Positions 47,501 through 54,314 of a stretch of 64,000 nucleotides of DNA are shown here, one piece after another; positions within the stretch are counted from its first letter, which is position 1; the number at the start of each line of letters is the position of its first letter. The stretch spans positions 6,955 to 70,954 of IMG/VR virus record IMGVR_UViG_2565956925_000004. One strand, 5' to 3'. The notes under the pieces are model-generated. The model was not told where the DNA came from and ran no database searches. It saw only the letters and a program-made list of their open reading frames with translations. The DNA is from a virus (Duplodnaviria > Caudoviricetes). Both the position numbers and the translations under genes were made by a program.

Positions 47501-49099
47501 ATGATGGAAACGACTGCAGGTTCTCAAGCCAAAGTTGATATTCCAATGGCTCAGTTAAGTGATATTGCAGCTGATAATAAACTTACACCCGTTGAGAAAA
47601 AACAGGCGAAGTTGGTGTGGGATACTCTTTATCAAACTGATACTAGCTTACGAGCTGAGGCTGTCACTTATGGTATATCTTCAGCTGCTTATGCAACGGC
47701 TTTTAGTACTTTAAATACATATTTGGCTTCTTTGTTTGCCAATATGAATACAACTAGCACGATTGATCGAAATCAGTTTATTACTAACTTTGCGAATGTT
47801 CACAATGCACGTCAAGCATTGGTAAGAGCAATATCTGAAAAGGCAAAAGAGATAGCCGATTCTGCAAAAGACTTAGCATCAACTACAAAAGCAACATTAG
47901 AGCGTGATTACATGACGTCTACCAAGACGAATGAAGCAATTGCATCTTCAACTGAAAGAATGTCTGCACTGTATTCTGCTAATGGTCAAAAGATTATGGC
48001 TTCAGTACTAGATACCTGGCAAAAAGATTGGTTAGTAAAAACTCCAAGTGGAAATAAACCTGAGCTTAATTTAGTGGCCGATGCAACTTGCCGTGGGGGA
48101 TATGCACTAAGAATAGGTAATAACGTTGGAAATGATGAAGCTTGGTTAAATTGGTTTGCTTCTTTGCCAATCGATGACAACAAATACTACCGAGTGAAGT
48201 ATCGATTCCGCCGTGTTAGTGGTACGGGTGTTGTATACCTAGGTGCAACTTGTCAGAACGCCACTAAAACTAAGTATGTGGCCCAAGATAACACCGAAAT
48301 CAATGATATTGGAGCTAGTCATTATCTTGTTGCTGGTACCGCACCAGCGCTGGGAACTTGGATAACTGGAACTGCATATTTCAAGGGTAGATCTGCTGGT
48401 GCAAGTGCAGGTGCCGGCACTCTACTAAGTCCAAAAACATTTGCGAATAAAGCTGCTTTCTTTACTCCAATGATCATCGGTAACTATTCAGGAAAAGCTG
48501 GTGAGGTGGATCTAGACTTTATTGATATTGAAGATGCAGACAATATTGCAGATTTTGAAAACTTCAAAACTACCTACACAACTGATGTTGGTGCATATGC
48601 TGGTGCATTACAAACCTTAGTTTCTGTATACGGCCAAAACGCTATCAAACTTAAATCTCAAGCTGACTTGATTGATGGTGTGAAGGGTAAATACGTAATG
48701 GGTATGGATAATAACGGTGTGTTTTCTGGCATGTCTATGGTCAGTGAGCAAACGAATGGAACCGTTATCAGTTCAATAGGTTTTCAAGCGGATAAAATTT
48801 TCTTCACAACTGGTACATCTTCTACTAAGTACATGCCGTTCATAATCCAAGACAATCAAGTCATTATGAATAGTGATGTATTTATTAAGAATTTGACTGC
48901 TTCTAACTTCAAAGTGAAATCTTTAACAGCCGATCTGTTTAACGTTGACAAATTAAGCGCGATTGCTGGTGAGTTGGGAACTTTAACTACCTATAAGGAT
49001 CCTACTAAGCCTAATGGCGCGAGAATGGTCTTGAGCGGAAGTTTAATTACGGTTTACGATGATAATAATGTTGTCAGGGTTAAATTAGGGCTGTGGTAG
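38594..49099 (+). CDS. Giant 3501-aa baseplate spike (gpV/gp5-like) fused to a multi-module fibre with gpJ-like C-terminus
   Basis: OB-fold VHIHGLTDG...V.VFFENGNEERPVI and beta-helix repeats at N-terminus; coiled coils alternating with CBM-like modules; C-terminal GKY...D.NG..SG....FQADKI..PF.I...V...I..L.A..LSAI...LG..G.R......VYD.NNV.RVKLG. Confidence 0.8.
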   Translation: MNGYKRAKILSYNAKGRTAQVHIHGLTDGASEGITATFAYPVGDSDLDTEIQIVDGEDVYVFFENGNEERPVIHSYVSHGDGAIVGVRRIRQDNIEFISKENLKVDSGTTVSIKTPLMNVQANTQQTGNSTLTGNSTVVGNTSVAGNSSVAGSMAVGTTLTVAGVPIDPKAIEGAFKDALDKLESLKEDLKEQGEIIDENKDQISQEIDEKIKEVEELIDNIKDSDAYKLLEEGINHIDEEVQKIHDQVKEVGQIAQNKVDEIRAYIDQEIVDTKLIVEQHANDANIRLDEANQRIDQSIQANEALVADAQQRAIRAEKELDDKIGFIKRETDSIIADVRSDSDEIRLVAENAKKIADQEVLDRKKQAADTLIVIDQTKAALKQDIDQNLVKAGQMIDDAKLALGEETNTLINQKIEPIVSQTEAAVKKVDQVAAQYVELDKKVDSGFLAEAEARANDKEALTQSFELKFAEMQNELGKSNALISEESKTRAAQDKAITEQISIAQSQIGDNKAAINSVERTVVDLTKSVAEKTDQIQASLDTTNASLLSANELARMQSLGKPLRDDPTFLSGNGGLSAYAVPAGSTLTRQAKSTDNPVNSTHEMLLRSTASLGGGWYPTVPTLVAAPNKTFLIKQIIKMPKGTYLLPVGNATGTGGYLRVLGNKEGTGKFEVYYSVVQCGYDAPAAIHGHFRVIAGTNPPLPSTTSPVDVILADYEVWDITALNDTIPKTWRDQITGNASYIEKVESSVKLVDEKLVSEAKKLEELKTDYNSNKTKTTSDLATITQSVSDGDKALSLRIDQTKAALEEADRQSNSNILEVTESLAEFEQSTTTKFTKLDTSISKENLKVQGQIVDVQKSVSTLESNTNTKISGLSSSLKTTDDIAKLAFDNAAEAQQTGTTAVKATEALSQNLLSLKSQTQVTTGVRAVVTAKGIDDWSTWRTTGEAKVLQDSDAFGGYILELGNNAGNDEAWVHWKELVKINPDTLYRVRARFRRVAGENGSIYLGVACKTADQTKYVTTTNNLAADMGSSNYLLSAIKPNLGEWQEVVLYLKGKSTGAATGLGTIDNPRTFPAQAEFYAPMFIGNYAAQSGISQLNYIIVEDNNSLASANDATATANDLFKTATNRTEAEAERTSKLESRMQNAETGIQSNAQALLKTATKSDLESAMGRVATDITAAVDNIKIGGVNAVANSEAPRSSTASTSREYLMYERSKELKAFYDENLDKPVTISFDVSVPVAGTVQVYSSNGSAHYFTTSVTVTKANEFQRFAVTVSPKVHTGSTTESTIEFYGTYGSGRIPTIQKLQIEAGNKATAWSPSPRDTQSSLNANAEAIKVTQAEVKKNGDTLSSQSIDISKLRNDLTLTNTEVGKKASSEALETTNSKVTEQAGQIQAVTEQANTLSANLSKSAPAGTNLLINSNVNGTYDGVSYPHVLYKMGEDWEVGAKYTLLWCAEHKRNNADTNSTLGAYVGGGQQVVQSLTNSNGKVVSKITFTKNSSGLGKYVNFYMLNRPNAAQGSIGTVYWAVLVKGELITTESWIASPYDFNAAFDQVSANLNEFKQIYVTESGALAQRTSKLEAGMSDVEKNIYNTTQALNNYATNAKLDEVTASQTKAFNTSLTKLDESIKAENDSDSLIPDYNLANPDKWISHYGYDMKQYFKTTTTGKVTNTVFRKDTTVPVNCFNYSLSAVPNDRTYRISFWVRCSSDSNGSLSVPVMFGYADGLWTTARYTTLSVPAAMVPAKDGNWYFVSVICNLTSNTTIQQMRFGIALGHTGSAGWWEVQGFKVSPVLNESDVDSTIVKSSILIDYSSKSDTTKAISAATESLEAKFRHKFGDLWTNSSATLDSTRYTKTETNQAIAEESKIIKAAISTSGGDNIIKNGDFSKPLEISNWRQNAAVAGSLLEVYKDSNGITWGHFKSTNTATYFKGFIETITLAEGLEGNQKYTLSFKAKSLTAAQSQILLIIHRRDAAGSNNQIGTSWNNISTDKEVLCTYTFDTNLVDLQYINVILYAQIGFAPDFLIREVQIEKGELATGFRKNPRELEKGLEANATAIEGTKADVKKNGEQIASISENYVTLKSAVDNNKLAADGKFQEINSTISDNQQNTTQSISNLESSYKQLNQDLGQVFNYRVYSCGWNGFFTGIKNLKGEIKSVASARGFSVHVLAADGSIASSTRYDTYAAIANATAMSNAIAAIPNDTFVIVTNYDSIGVNIATVKNALISLGANPFTIDQITGRDAYILVGQKGIGSGRGIELHSTPDTGPNGAKQIMLAVQVVSGIPIGLANNSGNLQKVLENHAQILQEKITRSDAKEVFAEEIKVFKAQLDTLRYSEENWILLGDDTKNLSITTGTNRTVAVWELQYKHKEIPIDKGDPVVARIKYTAAAGLVGATCSIQFHGATYSIGLPSFIVAASGEIELTGIFPSDVKATAFEAIPLGLRFDNAPSGGTFTITNMFISRGNSAPNFKGGFRSSLKQNAQFVEDTFIKADANKGVIAQQIQQYDAGVPGGLSTVVKTTKATADQTSQDLATLKNTEISQLQTSTNNLGSALENTTMLAMMITNGKLVQGDVNFKKGNNAVGVYNNAGNGNVAVTRVAKSADNPTTSTHELEIKTIGTANPTWGGFYQAVNGRANAVFVIKYLIKLPIGYKLVNAGNAMGTGAIDRFIGSTEGTGKFETYIRMIKCGATGSITYSGHVYVAGGSTPTATAPLVWSLAQIEQYDVTDYASADPTLQDFVSTATDSISTLTNFKETWAAKLSEMSSKLDSKNGAYILNADMTNTNVERAIAASSQKITSEYTNAMSVQPLGSGGGKIFVKPLTWRQPITTSGTLVIKTPITIGAFMTKVKISGYNYNNKEDNIFDLDLAFYAYTSTVPFYPNMTSRSFGITLDESNTTTKGLALALDSNNKVCILITKKDAWSYPAITVESATITHTNPPDNFKEGWSAAIETDLSVYKSVTPFTVTSMMETTAGSQAKVDIPMAQLSDIAADNKLTPVEKKQAKLVWDTLYQTDTSLRAEAVTYGISSAAYATAFSTLNTYLASLFANMNTTSTIDRNQFITNFANVHNARQALVRAISEKAKEIADSAKDLASTTKATLERDYMTSTKTNEAIASSTERMSALYSANGQKIMASVLDTWQKDWLVKTPSGNKPELNLVADATCRGGYALRIGNNVGNDEAWLNWFASLPIDDNKYYRVKYRFRRVSGTGVVYLGATCQNATKTKYVAQDNTEINDIGASHYLVAGTAPALGTWITGTAYFKGRSAGASAGAGTLLSPKTFANKAAFFTPMIIGNYSGKAGEVDLDFIDIEDADNIADFENFKTTYTTDVGAYAGALQTLVSVYGQNAIKLKSQADLIDGVKGKYVMGMDNNGVFSGMSMVSEQTNGTVISSIGFQADKIFFTTGTSSTKYMPFIIQDNQVIMNSDVFIKNLTASNFKVKSLTADLFNVDKLSAIAGELGTLTTYKDPTKPNGARMVLSGSLITVYDDNNVVRVKLGLW

Positions 49100-49143
49100 T
49101 GAAGATGGGCTAGTTATCTAGCCCTTTATTTTTGGAGGACAAT

Positions 49144-49464
49144 ATGCCACAAGGCTTACAATGTTTTGATGAAACTGGGAAGATTGTTGTTGATATTACA
49201 GATCGTCAAATGCACTTAATACATACTTTTGAAGTCTCTATAGGTTCTAATGAGTATTATAAGGATTATGTTTATGACGGTATTACATCTGAAACTCATA
49301 TAGCAATTGTTAGAGAAGACTGCTTAGGTAATATGACTCAGCAATACCCTACACTTGCTTACCATGGTGGGCCTTTTGCGTCTATTTATACACCTAATGT
49401 AGTAAGAGTGAGTGCATTGACTGGTTTAGCCCTTCTTACTGTTGATATTTATAGGTATGGATAA
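49144..49464 (+). CDS. Tail tip accessory protein
   Basis: GLQCFDETGK..VD.T motif typical of small genes after gpJ-like fibres. Confidence 0.6.
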   Translation: MPQGLQCFDETGKIVVDITDRQMHLIHTFEVSIGSNEYYKDYVYDGITSETHIAIVREDCLGNMTQQYPTLAYHGGPFASIYTPNVVRVSALTGLALLTVDIYRYG

Positions 49465-50126
49465 TGTCTGGCTTTGAAGTAAGTAATGATAAAGGTGAAA
49501 TTATTGTTAGCGACACTTACAGACATTTAGGTGTAAATTCTGTACAAGTGTTAGATGGTGGTACACCTAGTTCAATAGGTGCATCTTCTGGTTGGGCACC
49601 TAGTTTTATTCAAACCCCTAGTTTGGTATATCCTTCTTTTCGTAATGATTTACCAAAAGAGACTCTTTATATTTTAAACCTATCAGAAGGTACGGAGTTT
49701 TGTGGGAAATATTGGCATAGTGTGCATAACAATAATATTTCATTTTTAAGTTATGACTACACAAAAATCTCTGGTTATTTAGATGTATATGATGAGCAAG
49801 GTAATTTAATCTGGTCTGCTATATCTGCTAAAAATGTTCCAAGGATTGTGCAAACATATCAATTAACAGCAGATAACTTATTAAACGGTATTACGCTGAG
49901 CATTGGTTCTAATGTAGGTATATTACTAAATACTATACCTTCATGGTTTAGACCGGGACCTATGAATAACTTAAATAGAGGGGGCGTGTTTGGTAGGTAC
50001 TCTAATGGTCAGTTACAATTACAGTTTGCTGCTGCTGCTAAATTAAATGATATCTCCCCAAGGATTATTGAAAATTTAGGGCCAAATGGCACTCTTCCTG
50101 TTCATATTACCTCTTTTGCATCATAA
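49464..50126 (+). CDS. Tail tip accessory protein
   Basis: GFEVSNDKG.I.V.D.Y and LDVYDEQG.LIWS repeats. Confidence 0.6.
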   Translation: MSGFEVSNDKGEIIVSDTYRHLGVNSVQVLDGGTPSSIGASSGWAPSFIQTPSLVYPSFRNDLPKETLYILNLSEGTEFCGKYWHSVHNNNISFLSYDYTKISGYLDVYDEQGNLIWSAISAKNVPRIVQTYQLTADNLLNGITLSIGSNVGILLNTIPSWFRPGPMNNLNRGGVFGRYSNGQLQLQFAAAAKLNDISPRIIENLGPNGTLPVHITSFAS

Positions 50127-50182
50127 GGTTACTAGATAAAAAGAAAGCCCCTTAATTGGGGCTTTCTTCATTTAATTGCATT

Positions 50183-50377
50183 TTATACAGTTTGATCAGG
50201 ACTTTGTGGTTCTTCTACCAGCGTATAATTAACAGCTACAGCACCAGTATCAAGATCCCAACCTAAATTCAAAGTTTTGAAAGCAGGGCGATTGTTATAT
50301 TTCTGATTATTAACAATATCCTTAGTTTTTTGAGCAAGTTCGATATCTAAATCGGTAAATACTTTTACTTCAGCCAT
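50183..50377 (-). CDS. Small protein with its own GGAAC element
   Basis: GAGGAAAAG RBS; reverse-strand GGAAC element upstream; shared terminator at about 50145-50166. Confidence 0.65.
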   Translation of the reverse strand: MAEVKVFTDLDIELAQKTKDIVNNQKYNNRPAFKTLNLGWDLDTGAVAVNYTLVEEPQSPDQTV

Positions 50378-50417
50378 GAGCTTTTCCTCTAAAACAGATT
50401 AAAAAATATGTGCAGAT

Positions 50418-50530
50418 AGAATTGCATGCTGTGGATTTATTGAATCTGTACGGTTCCAATTAACTTTGGAACCAATCTAATAGTTAAAAAATGGTAGCCA
50501 TCAAAATACTTAATTATTTAAGTATTTTGG
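50418..50530. promoter_or_regulatory. Divergent pair of GGAAC-N30 elements (copies 11 and 12)
   Basis: GGTTCCAA-ttaact-TTGGAACC (GTTCC 50453-50457; GGAAC 50468-50472); + strand AAAAT 50503-50507 with hairpin CAAAATACTTAA/TTAAGTATTTTG. Confidence 0.8.
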
Positions 50531-50537
50531 CTTAGTT

Positions 50538-52073
50538 ATGTCTTCTCGGTTCTTATCGTTGTTACTCGGTGAAAATGTTAATTCATATGATCAGCAATTT
50601 GATACCTCTAATCAGGATGCTACGGCGCAGCTTTATGAATCCATGGCACCGTTTTCACTTGGGACCAATCAAACTAAAGCCAATAAGAAGCGTACTCGAA
50701 AGGAAATTTTCACCAAATGGGAGAGAATGTTACGCTTTGCCCCAATCGCTGAGGGTATGGGGATTCATGTTTCTGCAGCTTTAGGCGGAGATTCTTATAG
50801 CGGCCAACAAGTGTTTATTACACCAGCACAACGTTTGAAAAAGGCAAATGGCCCAGCAGCTGAAAAAATAAAAAAACAGCTAGATGAACGCCGTGATGTC
50901 ATGGAAAAGCTGATCAATAAGTATTTAAGTAAGCTTGCCCGAGATGCGATTTCATTTGGCGATTCTTATGCCCGAATTTATGGGAAAAAAGAGAGTGGAG
51001 TAATTGACCTCCTTTGTAATGAGTATACTTATCCGCCATTAATACAGCCATTCGAACAGGGCAGTAAAACTGTCGCATTTTTTTGCTTAGATCCCCGAAA
51101 TTGGCAGAAAACTATTACCAAACTAAATACTATTCAAATGGTACGTTTCAAAATGCCCCGTATGAGCAATATTGCTCAATATGAACTTGTTGAAACTGGC
51201 CTTGTAACTAAAATGTTAGAAGGAGATGACCCAGATGAATTACCGATTTTACCAGCGCATTTAGGTGGTTCATTTCTATACGAAATTGAAGAAGTTTATG
51301 ATGATGTGATTCTTGCATTGGCATCTATGAACAGCCAGCAGATTGCAGATACAGTAAATCAGATGTTCTTGACGGTAAATATGTCTGGAATGCCGCCAGC
51401 ACAACGCCAAGCCTATGTTCGGGGTTTAGAAGGTTTACTTAAAAATCATGAGACATATGTTCGTGATGCTTTATCAGATGGCGAAGCCGTTTGGAATACT
51501 GCTTTTCACATGCTGCCAGTATTTGATGAGAAGCAAGTTCTAAATCCTGTTGGTGATATCAAACTTCAAAGAAGCTCACCTATTAATATTGAACAATTCA
51601 TGATTAATGTCCGTTTGTTAATGGGCGGGATAGGTCTAGACCCAAGTATGGTAGGGTGGGCTGACATGTTAACTGGTGGTATTGGTGAAGGCGGAGCGTT
51701 CCATACTTCAGCGCAAATAATGCGTAGGTCACAAGACATTCGTACAGCAGTAACTGAAGGGATTAATCAGATTCTTCATTTGGATTGGGGATTTGCATTT
51801 AATGAACAATTTGAGCCTAAAGATTATCCTTGGCAAGTTGAATATTATACAAACCAAACTGCAGCAGCTACTGAAGAAATCAGTAATGCCCAATCTAGAA
51901 TGAATACAACACTACTTAAAACCCAAGTGATTGCCGCTTTAAAGGAGACAAACTTAGATGTAGAAACTATGGCCTATATTCTAGAGCGCGATGCAGGTAT
52001 GAAATATGATGAAGCTCAATTATTAGCTGAAAGTATTTTTAAGAGCCGTAAATTTTCTGAGGATGAAGAATAA
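50538..52073 (+). CDS. Portal protein (P1 Prt-like)
   Basis: 511 aa; LARDAISFGDSYARIYG..GV, GGSFL..IE, GIGLDPSMVGWADML.GG.GEGG.F.TS. Confidence 0.7.
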   Translation: MSSRFLSLLLGENVNSYDQQFDTSNQDATAQLYESMAPFSLGTNQTKANKKRTRKEIFTKWERMLRFAPIAEGMGIHVSAALGGDSYSGQQVFITPAQRLKKANGPAAEKIKKQLDERRDVMEKLINKYLSKLARDAISFGDSYARIYGKKESGVIDLLCNEYTYPPLIQPFEQGSKTVAFFCLDPRNWQKTITKLNTIQMVRFKMPRMSNIAQYELVETGLVTKMLEGDDPDELPILPAHLGGSFLYEIEEVYDDVILALASMNSQQIADTVNQMFLTVNMSGMPPAQRQAYVRGLEGLLKNHETYVRDALSDGEAVWNTAFHMLPVFDEKQVLNPVGDIKLQRSSPINIEQFMINVRLLMGGIGLDPSMVGWADMLTGGIGEGGAFHTSAQIMRRSQDIRTAVTEGINQILHLDWGFAFNEQFEPKDYPWQVEYYTNQTAAATEEISNAQSRMNTTLLKTQVIAALKETNLDVETMAYILERDAGMKYDEAQLLAESIFKSRKFSEDEE

Positions 52074-52726
52074 TGGCTTTTTTTGAATATGAAACACAGA
52101 ATAAAACGTCTAATAACAGTTTTGGTAATGTTATAAGTCCATTCAAGGAACGTTTCGCAAGAAATCCTGTCTTATGGTCTGGATTGACAGTTGATAAAGC
52201 TGTTTCTCATTATCAAGAGCTCTATGCATTAGGAACTCTCTCGGCCGCCCATTTTGGAATAGAAATTAGACCTTATCGGGCAAATAGTAAGATTGCCCAA
52301 GCGAATATTCCAATTTTTGATCCTTCCAATAAAATCGCATGGTTAGCCAATAATGTTGATGTATCTCTTCTGGATGCACAAACAGATTCAGTACATGTTG
52401 GACACCATCAACTCAACTATATAACCGGTAATGCCTCGAATGAATTAAGTATCTCATTTATTGAGACTAAAGCTGCAGCTATTGCAAATAGTGCAATAGC
52501 CATAAAGCAGATAATGTTTAATAAAGATGGTACACAACCGCCACCTATAGAATATTTAATGCGTTTGAAAATATATGCTTTTGATAAAGCTGTAAGATCT
52601 CAACATCATTTTGAAATTGAGCATTTAGTATCTCTACAAGCTGGTAATTTGCCTCTAGATGCCGCAAATAAAGCCCATTCAATAGTCACTTTAAATTTCA
52701 CTAAAATGTTCCCGAACTTAAAATAA
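52073..52726 (+). CDS. Tail tube-like/baseplate protein
   Basis: ELSISFIET..DGT..PP.EY...VTLNFTK pattern. Confidence 0.5.
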   Translation: MAFFEYETQNKTSNNSFGNVISPFKERFARNPVLWSGLTVDKAVSHYQELYALGTLSAAHFGIEIRPYRANSKIAQANIPIFDPSNKIAWLANNVDVSLLDAQTDSVHVGHHQLNYITGNASNELSISFIETKAAAIANSAIAIKQIMFNKDGTQPPPIEYLMRLKIYAFDKAVRSQHHFEIEHLVSLQAGNLPLDAANKAHSIVTLNFTKMFPNLK

Positions 52727-52731
52727 GCTAT

Positions 52732-52794
52732 GGAACTCATTGGCTTTTTACATTCAATAGATTGAGAAAATATCCTCAAATTAAAATGAGGATA
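52732..52794 (+). promoter_or_regulatory. GGAAC-N30 element, copy 13
   Basis: GGAAC 52732-52736, AAAAT 52767-52771, hairpin TATCCTCA/TGAGGATA holding the SD, GTG 52800. Confidence 0.8.
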
Positions 52795-52799
52795 ACTCC

Positions 52800-54314
52800 G
52801 TGAGTGTTAAATCAATTTTTACTCAAACACATGCACCACATCAAAGCCGATTAGTACCTGGTTTTGATTCAATGGTGAATAGTGGCGCTTGTTCAATTGG
52901 ATTTATTAAAGGTGATTACCGTCAAATTAATGCCTTAGTCACTGAAGACTACACGGAAAATGACCTCTGGCGAGTGATTAACTTAAAAGGGCAGAAGAGC
53001 GGAATCGAAGCTTATGATTCAGTTGCCATACTTGGTGCAATTGATGATCAGCATGCTGGTGAACTAGCAATCTTACAGTTTGGACGCATGTTTGACGCTT
53101 GTGTTACAGATGTAATTGAAACAAATCAATTTGGTCTTAAACGCCACCTATCTTCCAAACAATTTAATTTGTCTGGGTCTAAACCAATTCAAAGATGGCA
53201 ATTAGAGAAATTACAGAACGTGATTGCTGCAGAAACACCTCAATGGGATGGTATCAGTTTAGTTTCTCATGATGGTGATACAGCAAAACTTCTTTTAGAT
53301 ATGCAGCGAAATGATGACCATAGTCAGCTGCTAAGTAAATTTGATGGGTTGCCTACGCTATTATCTAGTCTGGAAGTAGAAGAAGCTCATTATGATTCTA
53401 TTATTGTCGATTACCAGCATTTAGAGCAGCTGTCTGCTATTTTGCATCACGCTATGGATCAGTTTTCTAAAACTGGTGTTAAAGTCATTAACGTTACTGA
53501 AAGTAAGCCCTTCAAGCATAAAAAAGTACTTCAAATTGCGCTTACTTATGATTTTGATGACGGTCAAAACTTCACAATCCTTTTTCATAAGCCAGATCGA
53601 TTTTCAAAGAAAATTAGTTCTGCAGATTCATTAATTTCATGGAAGATCTTAATGAACAATCGCGATATTACAGCTGCAATTCAGCCTAATCAGGGAGAAG
53701 GAATTTCAATTCCTGTTCTCGCTGGTCGAATCATGAAGTTAATTAACCAAAATAGTAATCGTTTTAAACGCTTACAAGCTAAAAAAGCCGAAAAAGCTAA
53801 AGCTTTGGCTGAAGCGGAAAATCGGGTTTTGGAAAAGCAGAGTTTATTGGCATCTTTAAAGCAAGAAATAGAAAGTTTGCAATCTGAATTAGATAATTTA
53901 GCTATTTCCAAAAGTAAACCGACACCAGAAGTGACACCTGAACCGGCACCGGAGGTGACACCTGAACCAGCACCAGAGGTGACGCCTGAACCGGCACCAG
54001 AGCCGACACCAGAAGTGACACCTGAGCCAACACCAGAAGTGACACCTGAACCGGCACCAGAGGTGACACCTGAACCAGCACCAGAGGTGACGCCTGAACC
54101 AGCACCAGAGGTGACACCTGAAGAACTACAAAATCTATCAGCTTCGGATACTTCAAATCCTTTGTATAAGTCAATCATTGAAGGACAAGTAGGCGTAAGT
54201 TTGGAAGTACTAGAACAAGTTCGAGATGAGGCTGAGAAGAATTTAGAAGACCCTTTATTAATTCCAGCTGTAACTGAGTTGCTTAACCAAATTAAAGTTA
54301 AGGAGAGCGTTTAA
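52800..54314 (+). CDS. darA: DarA-like defence-against-restriction virion protein
   Basis: F.DGQ..TI.FH.P....KI...D.L..W..L.N.RDIT..I.P..G..I....LA.RI.KL...NS..F DarA-N pattern; coiled coil; Pro-rich linker. Confidence 0.7.
   Translation: MSVKSIFTQTHAPHQSRLVPGFDSMVNSGACSIGFIKGDYRQINALVTEDYTENDLWRVINLKGQKSGIEAYDSVAILGAIDDQHAGELAILQFGRMFDACVTDVIETNQFGLKRHLSSKQFNLSGSKPIQRWQLEKLQNVIAAETPQWDGISLVSHDGDTAKLLLDMQRNDDHSQLLSKFDGLPTLLSSLEVEEAHYDSIIVDYQHLEQLSAILHHAMDQFSKTGVKVINVTESKPFKHKKVLQIALTYDFDDGQNFTILFHKPDRFSKKISSADSLISWKILMNNRDITAAIQPNQGEGISIPVLAGRIMKLINQNSNRFKRLQAKKAEKAKALAEAENRVLEKQSLLASLKQEIESLQSELDNLAISKSKPTPEVTPEPAPEVTPEPAPEVTPEPAPEPTPEVTPEPTPEVTPEPAPEVTPEPAPEVTPEPAPEVTPEELQNLSASDTSNPLYKSIIEGQVGVSLEVLEQVRDEAEKNLEDPLLIPAVTELLNQIKVKESV
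53919..54122 (+). repeat. 17 x 12-bp tandem repeat encoding (P/V)(T/A)PE
   Basis: PTPE/VTPE/PAPE units read directly. Confidence 0.95.

Noticed and set aside
53919-54122. Tandem repeat as a CRISPR array
   Set aside because: No unique spacers, in-frame coding repeat, no cas genes
53690-54178. Minus-strand ORFs (162 aa and 90 aa) with SGVTSGAG repeats
   Set aside because: Shadows of the 12-bp tandem repeat in the DarA-like gene
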